From a virus, in IMG/VR virus record IMGVR_UViG_3300010370_000034, positions 5,808-69,807 of that record: a stretch of 64,000 nucleotides of DNA, one strand, 5' to 3'. The notes below the pieces were generated by a model. It worked only from the letters and a program-made list of their open reading frames with translations, was not told the origin of the DNA and ran no database searches. Shown piece after piece: positions 1 through 12,300 of the stretch. Within the stretch, counting starts at the first letter, position 1. Every line of letters begins with the position of its first letter. A program made the translations under genes and the position numbers.

Positions 1-3000
1 TATCACTGAATAATCTAACAGAAATAACTTCTGCTTCGGCAGAAGCACTTCTCAGTCTCATACCCGTTCTTATAAAACCACTATACAATGACTGATTATT
101 TTCTGCTAAAGTTCTAGTATCGACATTTAATAATATACTAGAACTTGAATAATTAGCAGGTATTGTGTAAGTTTCATCATAAGGACTTGTTAAAAATACA
201 TCAGTTGGATTTGATATTGGTCCGTATTTATGGTTTGATGAGGCTACTCTAAATGATATAGATGGAGTTGATCCAGTGGTTACTGTTGTAGATCCCGTAG
301 TCATTGTTCCAGTAACTAGTTCACCAACAGCAAATGAACCACTAATCATTCTAATTTCGATCAATTTTGGAACAATAAAGTTATTTACATCTTCACCATC
401 AAAAAATCCATAAAGTCTTGTATAAGGTCTAAACTTTCTTCCAGTAAATTCAATATTTCTGGATCTCATGAAAGGAACGACTGAAGTACTAACGACTCTA
501 TCACCTTCGTTAGTAGTTTGAATTTGTTCGGAAACTCTTAACTGAGTTCCACTTCTATTATCAGTTCCTGTCCTTGTTGTAGTTGTTACTGTTGTTGTTT
601 GTAGTTGATTTGTTGTTACTAATGCACTACCATTATTTGAAGTACTGGTTGACGTTACAACTGTGTTACTAGATGAAGTTGAACTAGATCCAGTCCAAGT
701 AGTTTCCCACGCACCCCATCTAACAGGACCTAATCCAGTTTGTTGATCATATCCAGCATATTCCAGTTGTAATCTTGTTTGCGTGTAATCATCAACATCA
801 ATTCTAAGTGGTTGTAATCTAACTTGATCAACCCAAATATCTGAAGATGGGAACAGTTGAATATTACCAGTATATGTTACAACTAAGTACGGTGTAACGT
901 TTTCAACTCTTGTAGCAAATGGTTGAGAGAACTGCAAGAATTCTGCATAATCCAAGGTAACAAGTTGACCAGTTCTTCTTATATTTGAGCCGATAATATC
1001 AGTAACAAATGCTGGATCTGCTGTTGGACTTGCAGTGGTTCCAATTCCAAGAAGAGACTTGGATCCAACTAAAAGATCTATTGAAGTTGTAAAGTGAGAT
1101 GGTCTTAATTCCAGATTTTTTGGATCAATACTATTAGTAATTTTACCAATTTTAAGTTGAGATTTTGTATTGCTAAAATTGTCAACATAAATTCCAGATT
1201 TAAATCTAGTTAATCCACTTTCATCAGGAATGAATAAAGATTCTGTTTTAGATTCTAAGATTGATAGTGCAGTATAATACTCTAAGTTTTTAATTCTGTC
1301 TTCAAGTAAAGAGATATCTTGCATTCTATATCTCTTATGTGCATTTAAACTTATCTGTAAGTTTTCTGTGCTGCACACATATGGAGGCAAATTTATAGTA
1401 GCAACTTCAAGAGAATCTTCTAAAGAAATAGGAGGTAATGGTGTCTCTGAAGGTACTCCTTTTATCAGTTGGAATCCACCATCTATCTTTAAAAATAGTT
1501 TATCAATTCTAGGTAAGTAATGTGAATATGTCAATATAATTGATTCATCAGAAGCTAAAATGTTTTTAGCTGAGTTTGTTGCGTCTTCAAAAGATCTAGA
1601 TATAAATTCAAATGGGGAGGAACTCGTCGAATCTGAATTAAATTTACGTACTCTTGGTCTGATATCAATTATGTCAGTAATTCTCTCATTATTCTTAATT
1701 AATGGTAAATCACAATAATTAAATTGATTATAAGAAGATACCGTTGTAATATCACCTTCCGTAGAATCACTATAAGTTGCTGATTCGTATATAATTCTTA
1801 ATTTTCTTCTTGGATCTTTAGAATTTGGTTTTCTTACTAATCTGGAATAATCGCAAATAGTTTCTCTTTGACCAGAATCTAAACTAAATCTTCCAATAAT
1901 ATTCTCATCTCCTGGGTCAAAGTCATTTATAGTTCCAGTAATTCCACTAGTTTCGGATCTAACAGTTTCGCCAAGTTCAAATCTAAGATCATTTAAATAT
2001 ACTAATCCTATTGTAGATGTACCAACTTTTTCAATGTATAGTGCAACTGCACCACTAACGGAACCAATAATTTCTTCACCAACAATAAAATCATCAACCT
2101 TTCCAGTTGGACCATCAAGATTAAATAAACTTATAGAAGGTAAAGTTGGATTATTATTGTCATTTGCTTCATAAACACTATAGACTTTGGTTACATCTGG
2201 TTCAAGTAAACATATTTCTTCATCTTGAACTCGTAATCCATAACCATAGTTACCATATGTTAAACCATCATCGAGAGTTGTAGACCCAATACCAGAAGCA
2301 GACAGTTTTGATTTATTTACAATAATAGAACCAGTTCTATTCAGAGATTTTACTTTATTGGATACATTTATTTTGGTAAGAGTTGCAATTAATCTTGCTG
2401 GGCCAGAAACATTTAATCCAAATATTCTTAATTCTTTTCCACCATTACTAAATCTAAATTTATCCTCACTTAACTCTTCAAACCCACCAGAAGAATTTAT
2501 TAAAATATACCTTTCTTCATCAAATGGTAAAAATGTTTCATTATTTGCAGACTGTATAGTATTTGTAGCATTTGCAGTAATAATAACATTAAATTCTTTT
2601 TTAATTGTTAATGTTGATTTAGTTAAATCTACATTAGAAATAAACTTCTTGGGAAGGGGTGTATATAGTGTATTATCAATTGAAGAACGTAATTTTGCAC
2701 CAATTAACTCAAAATCTGTAGTCGTAATATTGCTAACAGGTAAACCACCATCATTAATATTTGCAACAGTTGTTAATCCAACAATAATAATACTATTTGC
2801 ACTGGGTATTGAAGAAACTTTAGCGTATGTTTTTACACTTGAATTTGTAAGTAATGGATTACTAAATGCAACCAAATCACCTACCTTTGTGGATAGTCTA
2901 AAATCCAAATTAGAACTAGTTACTGTTGATACACCTGGAGCAGATCCAGATTTTCCTGTAATATTAACAATACCAACAGATGTTAAAGTAGATAATTTTG

Positions 3001-4678
3001 TATCTCCATTAAAAGTCTGTCCCGATCCAACCGAACTATACAGTGATTTTACATCTGATATTTTATATTCGATTGGGTTAGTAATAATTCTGTTACTATC
3101 AACTCCATTTAATATTAATTTTTCCCCTTGTATAAAAGATCCTTTTGTTCCATATACGGTAGCAATTCCAGTAGTTGTATTAAATCTTAGGTGTCCACTT
3201 GCACCACTAGATTTACCTTGTACAAATGTTGGTACATTTAAAGATATTGCTTGGTTTAAATTCAAATCAGTATATGACTGGATATCATATAATGAAATAT
3301 CCCATTCATTTAAATCACCAACAACAGTTGAGTATGATCCAGATTCTAGTGCATAATCATAAACCCTAGCGACTCCAATTTCCTTTCCAGAAGGAATTGC
3401 AGAACTGATTCCGATTCTGGAATCTCTTAAACTAACAATTGAAGATGTACTAAATCCAATTCTGGGAGCACCAATAACTCTATTTAACGATAAAGTTGGT
3501 CCAGTAAAATAATTAACCGCTTGATCTTCTAAAGTTTTGGTTGTTCTTGGTTTTTCAAAATCCAAATAATGAATAGTTCTTGAATCTACTTCAAATCCCC
3601 GAATAAAAGCTTTTCCTGGGGATATTTTATATGTTGCTAAATCGTCTGTTGGAATATTGTTATTGTATGTTAATTGTCCCTTTAAAAATATACCGTTATT
3701 TCCTTTACGATTATTTAAAGACTCTCTAGCAGTAATTGCAAATGGTTTAACATAAAAATTGCCAGATTCATTATAAGTTCTTCTTGCTAATTCTTCTGCC
3801 AATTCATTATATTGACTTTTATCTTCAATATGTTGAATGTTACCTTGTCTTAATATTAAAAGCTCAACAAAATTTTCATTTTTTTGAGACTCTAGTGGTT
3901 TCTTTGTTAAAATGGCGGTTATTTTTAATCTATCTGCTCCAGGTGCAGCATAGTTATTAAATCCTTTTGCATTATCAGTTAAAGATGGATCAAATCCAGA
4001 GGTTACAATTTCCTCAAAAATTTCTAATCCAACTCTATATGATGGAAATTGCCCATGGGCATCAAGGATCAGTGTTTGTGGTTGAACTTTTACAAATGTT
4101 CCTCTAAGGTAATAAATACCTTCGGATAAAAACACTGCAGAACCTATAGATGTTGAATTGACCGCAGCAGTAATTCCAAATCCTTGACCAGACTGAAAAT
4201 TAACAACAGACGTTGAAAGATTTGATTCTAAAGTTAAAACTTCATTATCGTCAAAAACTTCCTTTCCGTTTGTACCTGTAGAAACATAACTAACAAATAG
4301 TGTATAATACCCTCTGTTGGAGTATTCTGGTCCAACGCTAGAGACAATTTTTGCTTTTACGTTTGATGATTGACCCCTAACATATACATTTACCAAATTT
4401 CTAGCATAACTTGAAATGGGTATTCCAAGATACTCTTTTTCAATCTCTACAGAAAAAAGAGTATTGTTATAATTAATTTGCCCAGGAATTACAACCGAAC
4501 CTTCTTTAAATAAGTGAGTACCTACTTGTTCAATTTGATTTTGAAGAATTGATTGTAACGATGTTAATTCTCTAGACTGGATTGGTAATCCTGGTTTGAA
4601 CAATACCTTATGATATCCCTTATTTGGATCAAAGTCGTCAAAATATGGAGATACATTTAAATTCGTTTCTTGTGGCAT
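1..4678 (-). CDS. Large virion structural protein, VrlC-like/DUF4815 family; runs off the left window edge (absent from the ORF track because no stop is reached)
   Basis: ATG at 4678 gives MPQETNLNVSPYFDDFDPNKGYHKVLFKPGLPIQSRELTSLQSILQNQ. Later motifs APGADRLKI, ARRTYNESGNF, RYRMQDI..LEDRIKNLEYYT and RFKSGIYVDNF are typical of this cyanomyovirus protein, which lies downstream of gp8. Confidence 0.85.
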   Translation of the reverse strand, partial: MPQETNLNVSPYFDDFDPNKGYHKVLFKPGLPIQSRELTSLQSILQNQIEQVGTHLFKEGSVVIPGQINYNNTLFSVEIEKEYLGIPISSYARNLVNVYVRGQSSNVKAKIVSSVGPEYSNRGYYTLFVSYVSTGTNGKEVFDDNEVLTLESNLSTSVVNFQSGQGFGITAAVNSTSIGSAVFLSEGIYYLRGTFVKVQPQTLILDAHGQFPSYRVGLEIFEEIVTSGFDPSLTDNAKGFNNYAAPGADRLKITAILTKKPLESQKNENFVELLILRQGNIQHIEDKSQYNELAEELARRTYNESGNFYVKPFAITARESLNNRKGNNGIFLKGQLTYNNNIPTDDLATYKISPGKAFIRGFEVDSRTIHYLDFEKPRTTKTLEDQAVNYFTGPTLSLNRVIGAPRIGFSTSSIVSLRDSRIGISSAIPSGKEIGVARVYDYALESGSYSTVVGDLNEWDISLYDIQSYTDLNLNQAISLNVPTFVQGKSSGASGHLRFNTTTGIATVYGTKGSFIQGEKLILNGVDSNRIITNPIEYKISDVKSLYSSVGSGQTFNGDTKLSTLTSVGIVNITGKSGSAPGVSTVTSSNLDFRLSTKVGDLVAFSNPLLTNSSVKTYAKVSSIPSANSIIIVGLTTVANINDGGLPVSNITTTDFELIGAKLRSSIDNTLYTPLPKKFISNVDLTKSTLTIKKEFNVIITANATNTIQSANNETFLPFDEERYILINSSGGFEELSEDKFRFSNGGKELRIFGLNVSGPARLIATLTKINVSNKVKSLNRTGSIIVNKSKLSASGIGSTTLDDGLTYGNYGYGLRVQDEEICLLEPDVTKVYSVYEANDNNNPTLPSISLFNLDGPTGKVDDFIVGEEIIGSVSGAVALYIEKVGTSTIGLVYLNDLRFELGETVRSETSGITGTINDFDPGDENIIGRFSLDSGQRETICDYSRLVRKPNSKDPRRKLRIIYESATYSDSTEGDITTVSSYNQFNYCDLPLIKNNERITDIIDIRPRVRKFNSDSTSSSPFEFISRSFEDATNSAKNILASDESIILTYSHYLPRIDKLFLKIDGGFQLIKGVPSETPLPPISLEDSLEVATINLPPYVCSTENLQISLNAHKRYRMQDISLLEDRIKNLEYYTALSILESKTESLFIPDESGLTRFKSGIYVDNFSNTKSQLKIGKITNSIDPKNLELRPSHFTTSIDLLVGSKSLLGIGTTASPTADPAFVTDIIGSNIRRTGQLVTLDYAEFLQFSQPFATRVENVTPYLVVTYTGNIQLFPSSDIWVDQVRLQPLRIDVDDYTQTRLQLEYAGYDQQTGLGPVRWGAWETTWTGSSSTSSSNTVVTSTSTSNNGSALVTTNQLQTTTVTTTTRTGTDNRSGTQLRVSEQIQTTNEGDRVVSTSVVPFMRSRNIEFTGRKFRPYTRLYGFFDGEDVNNFIVPKLIEIRMISGSFAVGELVTGTMTTGSTTVTTGSTPSISFRVASSNHKYGPISNPTDVFLTSPYDETYTIPANYSSSSILLNVDTRTLAENNQSLYSGFIRTGMRLRSASAEAEVISVRLFSD

Positions 4679-4687
4679 AGCTCTTTA

Positions 4688-6271
4688 CTAGAATTGCAAA
4701 ATAACTTTGATATCTTCTCTTTGGTTCACAGACCTTGTAATAGAGGGTCTATTATCAACATATAAAACCGTTCCAGAATATTTTTCTACTTCTGGTGAAG
4801 CTACTCCTTTAATAAAAGTTTGCCCCAGATAGTATGTTTTATTATTTATGACTGTACTAATACCTGGGCTGTTATCTGTACCAAACCCATCATCAATATA
4901 CAAGTCTTTAGATCCTCCAACTATTCTTAAAGATCCCCCAGTTGTAACTGTAGATGTAAACTTATTTAGTCTAAAACCATAAGTGGGGTTTGATCTTTGT
5001 GTTCCATCTGTATTAAACCCAACAAGAGATCTATCTTGCCAATATTTTAAAACCCCCGTTTGTGCATCATAAGCAACAACTCTTCCAATAGCAGTAGCTC
5101 CAGTTCCCACTGTTTGGGTAATATAAGCATTTTGGGCAAAGGTTGTTGATCTGTAATCATCTACGTTTGGTGCTAAACCTTTTAGTTTAATTGCAAATAA
5201 TGAACTAACGCGATCTTCACTGATAATTGTGCTTGATTCATACGCTTGAGGATTTTCAATAATTCCAATTCTTGCAACTGAAGTTCCAGTTACAAAGTCT
5301 GGGTTTTGCTCATCATTTTCAATTCTAGAATATATAAGAACGTTTGTAGATCCAAGTTCTTTATAAACATCAGCACCATGTCCACCAGGAGGTGGAATTA
5401 TTACATCAAATATTGGAGAAAGAGAACCAGTAGGAACATTACCACCAATTAAGTCAACGCTAGCATACGTATATCCAGATCCACCATTTGAAACAGTGAT
5501 AGATTCGACTTTTGCGTCATTATTAATTACAATTGTGCATTCTGCACCAAGTCCATCTCCTTTTATTGGTACTCTCGTATAAGTGGTGTTTGGAGGACCT
5601 ACTAAATATCCCCTATTTCTTATGATAATTGTTTTTAATTGTCCACTTGTTTCGGCGTTGTTTTTAATTGGTAGATAATCGGCGTTTGTTTCCCAATCTA
5701 CTGGAAGTGGAATAAAGTTGAGTGAATCAAATTTGATAACGTCACTTGGACTAATAGTGTAAAGATACTTCCAAATATAACCATCACCACTAGTTCCAGC
5801 TGCTCTTGGTTCTAAATCAGTAAATTTTGGTTCATCAAGAGATGGTTTACCATTTGGGTTTTCTGGATCAATACCATTATTTAAACAAATGTAAACTCTA
5901 AATTCACTGTTTACGACAAAATAGTTTGAGGAATATAAACTTGTTTTATTTGAGGGTTTTGATAAATTATTTCTGTTAATATCGTGGCGATACATGTCGT
6001 AAATTGTTGCTGACGCCCATTGTATTTTTCTAACAACTGGACGTATATCATCAGCACCAATTTTTTTCAAAGCAACCATTGTATCCCAATAAAAATTGGT
6101 ATCATCAAAACAGTCTCTTGGAGATGGTGGACTAGTATTCCAGTTATCCTGAACTTCATCTGCATTTGGCAGTCCGATAAAAGTGTAATAGGAATTACTA
6201 GGATCCCTAATTTTATCAATGAAAGCTCTTGCGTTCTTGACCCTCAATAAATCAGTTATAATTGCTGCCAT
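4688..6271 (-). CDS. gp8: Baseplate wedge subunit (T4 gp8-like)
   Basis: MAAIITD start, YDMYRHD, VYICLNNG, DGYIWKYLYTI and C-terminal YVDNRPSITRSVNQREDIKVILQF; synteny gp25-gp6-gp7-gp8. Confidence 0.9.
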   Translation of the reverse strand: MAAIITDLLRVKNARAFIDKIRDPSNSYYTFIGLPNADEVQDNWNTSPPSPRDCFDDTNFYWDTMVALKKIGADDIRPVVRKIQWASATIYDMYRHDINRNNLSKPSNKTSLYSSNYFVVNSEFRVYICLNNGIDPENPNGKPSLDEPKFTDLEPRAAGTSGDGYIWKYLYTISPSDVIKFDSLNFIPLPVDWETNADYLPIKNNAETSGQLKTIIIRNRGYLVGPPNTTYTRVPIKGDGLGAECTIVINNDAKVESITVSNGGSGYTYASVDLIGGNVPTGSLSPIFDVIIPPPGGHGADVYKELGSTNVLIYSRIENDEQNPDFVTGTSVARIGIIENPQAYESSTIISEDRVSSLFAIKLKGLAPNVDDYRSTTFAQNAYITQTVGTGATAIGRVVAYDAQTGVLKYWQDRSLVGFNTDGTQRSNPTYGFRLNKFTSTVTTGGSLRIVGGSKDLYIDDGFGTDNSPGISTVINNKTYYLGQTFIKGVASPEVEKYSGTVLYVDNRPSITRSVNQREDIKVILQF

Positions 6272-6298
6272 TTTTTGAATTTAGACTTTTATATCTTT

Positions 6299-6305
6299 TA
6301 TTTAT
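6299..6305 (-). promoter_or_regulatory. T4-type late promoter (ATAAATA) for gp8
   Basis: ATAAATA on the minus strand about 28 nt upstream of the gp8 ATG. Confidence 0.6.
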
Positions 6306-9300
6306 CAGCTAATGTAACCCAAATATTTTAGTGGATTTTTCCTTCTTACAATTGGATTTGATGATATACCAGATTGTCTTGTTCCTTGCTGAGCAGTGAA
6401 ACTTCTTGGTCCAATTCTCACGGGCATATTAATTTTACCCCAAGTATATGTTCCGTAGAATGCTGTTGTAGCAAGTCCCACAATGCCACTTAAGGGGTTG
6501 TTAAGAACTTTTACCACTATAGTTGTCACCGTAGTTGCAATTCCAACAGTCGATGCTAATCCACTAATTCCAGGTGGCACAACAGTATTTTTTGTATACC
6601 AGTGTGTACATTCAAAAGTCATGTCTACAAATTGTGTAGATACTCCTAAAACAGATCCGCCACTTGTTAGTGATGTTTGTGGTGCTGATCCAAAAACAGA
6701 TCCAACAACATTAAATAGATATCCTGTTGTAATTCCAGTTTTAGATATATTTAAACTTTGTCTTATTCTTGAATTTAAAGGTATGAATAAATCGAGTTCA
6801 AGTCCCAAACAAGTAGTAACACCAGAACAAGATGTGGTTCCAACACCAACTATAATGCCATAATCTCCCTCATAATCTACTCTAATAACATCTTCAATTT
6901 TTCTTTCTGGTGGAGCAATTAAAACTTGTGGGGGTAAAATGGAAGCAACAGTGAACTTCATGGGAGATTTTAATGCCCACTTTCTGGATGTTGTTGCTAA
7001 TCCAACATTATCAAATGTATCAACATAAACAATATCACCAACAGCATAATTGGCACCAGAATCAATAACATTCACTGATGCTATGTTAAAGTTTAGTGTG
7101 CTAATTTGTATATCTGCTGTTGCTCCTCTACCAATTCCAGTTTCAGTTTTTAACCTAGCCCTGTAGAAAGTATTGTTTACGGGACTAAGTGGTGGAAATC
7201 CACTTCCTTGTTGTGTTATTGTAATTGAATCCATTGGTCCATAATAATAATTTGTTCCACCAGTTCCAACAGTTATTGAGGTGACTGTTCCACCTGCTCC
7301 AATCGTAGCAGTTGCTGTTGCTTTAGTACCAAATCCATATGGTTTTTGTATTGTTACCTGTGGTGCGATAGTATATCCATATCCAGGATTAGTTATTGAT
7401 ATACTAGTAACGGATCCACCAGCACCAATAGTTGCCCTTGCAGATGCGGAATCTAAAATATCTTGACTCATAATTTGAACAATTGATCTTTCATCAAGTG
7501 GTATTCCCTCGTAAGAATCATCAAATAATGGTCTTATACTATAAACAAAAACATATGTTGATCCAACACCCACAGAACTAATGATATTTGTATTTGGACT
7601 AATCGCTGGTTCATAATAAACTCGATCCTTACCAACAAATTCATTATCTATAATTTTATCTACAGTTTGTTTATACCAACTAATTGGTCGGGAGAATAAT
7701 TCGTTAAGGGTAACACCTTGACCACCATAGTTATTTGTGATAATTTTATCTGCAGATACAACATCCATCACAAGTCTTCTTTCTTCAGTAAAAGTATCAT
7801 CGACATCACTATACAACTGAACATCATCACCAACTTTAACACTTGGTAGTACATCGACAGTTTTAACGTCAATATTTTGTGTTCCAGTGTACATTAAAAG
7901 TTTAGCAGTATCTCCAGTGGTACTAAATCCAGAAACTAATCCTTTTGGTGCTTCTGTAAATCTTAATGTACTTCCACCATTAAATTGATAACCTTCTCCT
8001 GGAGTTTGTAGGGTATCATTGACAAATACAAGTAGATTGGATTGTAAATTAATACCCGAGTTTGCTCTAGCAAAGAAAGATATACTCTCACCATTTACTG
8101 TTAGTGGGAATAATCTTCTTCTACCATTAAAATACTCAGAAATATCATCAAGAACAATAAATTCACCTACATTCCACCCAGAGAATTTGCTTTGATAAGT
8201 TCTATCAATTGTCAATTCAAAGTGTTTGAAGGTTGTGATTCCAGTGGTTGGAATTCCAGTAGTCCCTCCAATAGCAACAGTTAAGGTTTCACCAGATCCA
8301 TAACCATAACCAAAATTATTCATTTCAAAATTCAAAATAGTGCTATCTTGACTTGGAACTAAGTCCACAGTAGCTCCTGTTCCAAATCCGACAACACCTT
8401 GTTTGTAAATTAGTGGAATATTATAATAGTTTAATGGATTATCAAATACAACATCAAGTGGTTTTGTAACTTTACCACATCTCTTATAAAAATGAGTGTA
8501 CGGTGAGGGTCCAGAATTAATGATAAATGTATAATCATCAACAATTTTAACCACACCCGTTCCATTTGCTGCTGGATCTTGACCAGTTGGGGAATTGTTA
8601 ATTTGTCTTGGAGCAATAATAATTTCTTCAACAGTCCCACCAGAAACATATGACAGAGGAGTTGACCCAACCCCAACATTAAGTTCAAATTGACTTATAC
8701 CATTAATTCTAGTTACCTGAGTCCCACAATAATCATTGGTATTTGTATTTGGATGTGTAACTATTCCAAGTCCACCCGTAAATCCTAAACCAGTTAATAT
8801 AACATCAGTACCAACTTTTAATTTATGTCCAAATGTTAAAGTGCCTCCACTTACATATGTGTGTGGAATTGTTGATATACCAGAATTAAAAGTAAGGGTA
8901 TTGGCATTTACAACAGAAATAATTTTAAATGTATTTCCTAATGGAGACACTATAGAATTACCAGGGAATATGTCAGTATTGATTCCAACTTGAATTACAC
9001 CACCATTTACATAAGTATGTGCAATAGTTGATGGTCCAACATTCACTGTAAATGATGTTGTTGTTCCAACAGTATTAACTGTAAAGAAGTATCCTTGGGA
9101 TCCATCTGGGAATTTAGTTGTTGTTAAACCTGCGGTAACTTGCCCAGCATTATTTTCAACGTAAGTATGGGGAATTGTTGAAACTCCAACATTAGTTTCA
9201 AATATTGTTGACGATAAAATATTAGAAACTTTGAATGTATATCCCTGAGTACCATCTGGGAAGATTGTAGTGGTAATTCCAGATCCACCTGGACATGAGA

Positions 9301-12300
9301 ATTCTAAGTTATTCAATCTAATATCACTACCAATACCAATAACACCACTAAATGAAGAAGATGTGGTGACAGTTGCTAATCCTGTTGTATTATCATACTT
9401 AAACTGAGTAATAGTGAAGGTTTGACCATATCCAGTAGCACCACCAATTGGGCATTCAAATATCAAATCTCTCATTTTGAAGTTGTCGCCTGCAAGTAAT
9501 CCGTGATTACCAACAGTTAACACAGTAGACAATCCAGTTACTTGATCATAAGTAAAATTGTAAACTGCAAAAGTTTGACCATATCCAATACATGTTAGTG
9601 CTAAACCAGCAAGACTAAAACTTCTGCCAATTGCAGTTTGAGTTACTAGTTTGTGTGGTTGTGATGTAACAACTGTTGATAATCCAGTTGTATTATCATA
9701 GGTAAAGTTTATTACATTTAAAGTTGTCAACCCGACAGTTGTGACTGTCATTATTCCACTTACATTGTCATATAATGCAGTACTTACACCTAATGGTGGA
9801 TAGTAGTCACAAGTAAATGCTGCTCCAACTATTGCAACTTCTTCCCCTAACTGTAATCCATGAGGAGTTGATGTTGTTACTGTAGTAACTCCTGTAATGG
9901 AACTATAACCAATATTAGTAACTCCTCTCGGAGCGTAGAATACTTTAGGATTAGTTATTGCAACACCAACAACATGCCCATTAACAACAGTTGCTATACC
10001 AATATAAGTTATATCAGCAGAACCATAACTTGCCGTTTGAATTCCCACTTTTACAGTCTGCAATCCAGATCTATATCCAGATCCAGAGTTACCTATGGAA
10101 ATTTGAGTTATTGTTCCTGCTGCAGAAATGACTGCTGTTCCACCAGCAGCAACTAATGGTTGATATCCAAATCCTTCAGTAGATCCAACGCTAACAATAA
10201 TACCACCTCTAGGAGTACTGTTGGCGTTAATATCGTTTGTCAATGAAGGATTGGCAACTGGACCACTAAATCCTACCTGCAATTGTCCACCAGCGGCAAT
10301 AAGTTTATAATCTCCAGGAATATTTGTAAGAACATTACCAAGTCTTTGTGGACCTTGGAATATATCATTTATTAGAATAATACTATTATTTGAAGTTATG
10401 TTGTCAATATCATTACCCTGATACTTTAATGTAAATGTAGTTGTAATTCCATTGAATTGGTTTGAAATATCATCAAAAACATAATTATTATCATAGGCTT
10501 TTATAAAACTAGTTGTAATAGACTGATTTAGTGCCGATCTTAAAAATACTCGTCCACTAAACCTAGAACTAGTTGTTAATCCAGTATAATCAACTTCATT
10601 AGCAGATGTCGCTGTAGTTCCAAATCCTACAGGAATACTACCCCACATAGGCTCTGAAAAATGAAGTTGATTATTTAAAACATTATAATTACCGACAAAT
10701 TTAGTAACTACAGTATTTGCTGCATGAGTACTTGCATTTGTCCCCATCCATGCTCGTTTAACATTCAATATATTTGCACTACCATTTACCGAAGAAACTA
10801 ACATAATTTCATTGTCAATTTGAATCAAATCACCACTAAAAATAGAAGTAATTCCAACTACATCAATGTTAGTTGATCCAATACCAACACTACTTGTAGT
10901 TGCTATTGTGTAAGCAGTTCCAACAAGAGGAGATTGAATTGTTCCATTAATTGTAATAAGGAGTCTATTATTTGGTGAGATTGATCTAAATGTATGGATA
11001 CTTCCAATTCCTACTCCAGTAATTCCAACTCCAATTGGATTAAATAATAAAGCATTTGTTGCAGAAGTTGCAACTCTCACTTTTTGGTTATCTTGCTTAA
11101 TGATAATAAATTTAGCAGGTAATATATTTGTTACTCCAATTCCAGGACCAAAATCCGAAGGAGAAATTTTAATTGCATTTGCAAAATTATTATTTGGTGG
11201 AATATATTCAATTTCTTCTCCACTAACAAAAAAGTGATTTCCAAGATCAATCGTACCATCAGCAAGATCCAATTTAGTAGCATCTGAACCATTAAATGCA
11301 ACTTCAAATATTGGGAATCCACCAGATTTTAAACTGAATCCCCTGTTAACCCCATTAAATTGATCGCTAAAATCATCAATCGTTAAAACTCGGTTTCCTA
11401 TAAATTCTTGATATTGCGCTAAAAATGGTAAATTAAATAAAATCTCATTTGATACTAACGTATTGTTTACCTGAATACTTTTTTCTCTAGCAATATCAAA
11501 ATCCTTTACTGAATTCAAGTCAACTATTTCGGTAAGATCTGAAATAGCTACTAAAGCATTTAAATCTTGTGCAGTAGATAATCCAACTATACTAGGATCA
11601 TAAGAATCAATTGTTAACTCACTAAATTTCTTAAATCCAGATGTGTGTGTTAAATTACTTACTAGTGGATTCCATACTTTATATTCAATTGGAGATCTAA
11701 TAGCATAAGAAAAATACTGATAGTAATCATTATCATGAATTCTTTGGAAGGATTGGTTTAGTTTTCCAGTCTCTTTTAACCAACCTTTCTTAGTAATACT
11801 ATTTGATTCAATTAAATATTTTGCGGTAACACCATCTACAGAAGATATTAAACCTTTATTTTGAGAAGATGCGCCAATTACAAGATCATCAACTTTAAAT
11901 ATTTTTTTAGATCTTATCTTTAGAAATTCATTTCTTCTGTCATATGACTGAACAACTCCAATATTACCATCTTGAGCTACGATTAATTCGCCGTTTCTGA
12001 AACTATCTTTTTCTAAGTCAACATCAAAAATTGGGAAATAACTTTCTGGAGTTGCTGTTCCAAAGGATTCAAAACTATCAAAAATACCTGGTTCTTCACC
12101 TGGATTTAAAAATCCAGTTAGATTGAAAGTTAATGTCGGATTATCTCCACCAATGTCTGGATTTGCTGCAGTAATTCTAAAAAGTTTATATTCATAAGCA
12201 GCAGAATTATATCCTCTACCACCAAAATTAGCATCAACGTTAGTATTTTCTATAATTATTTTTTCACCAACAATAAATGGATAATCTTGAGAAGATGCAA

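Noticed and set aside
2358-3356. 332-aa plus-strand ORF
   Set aside because: Antisense shadow of the minus-strand virion gene 1-4678; no recognisable motifs.
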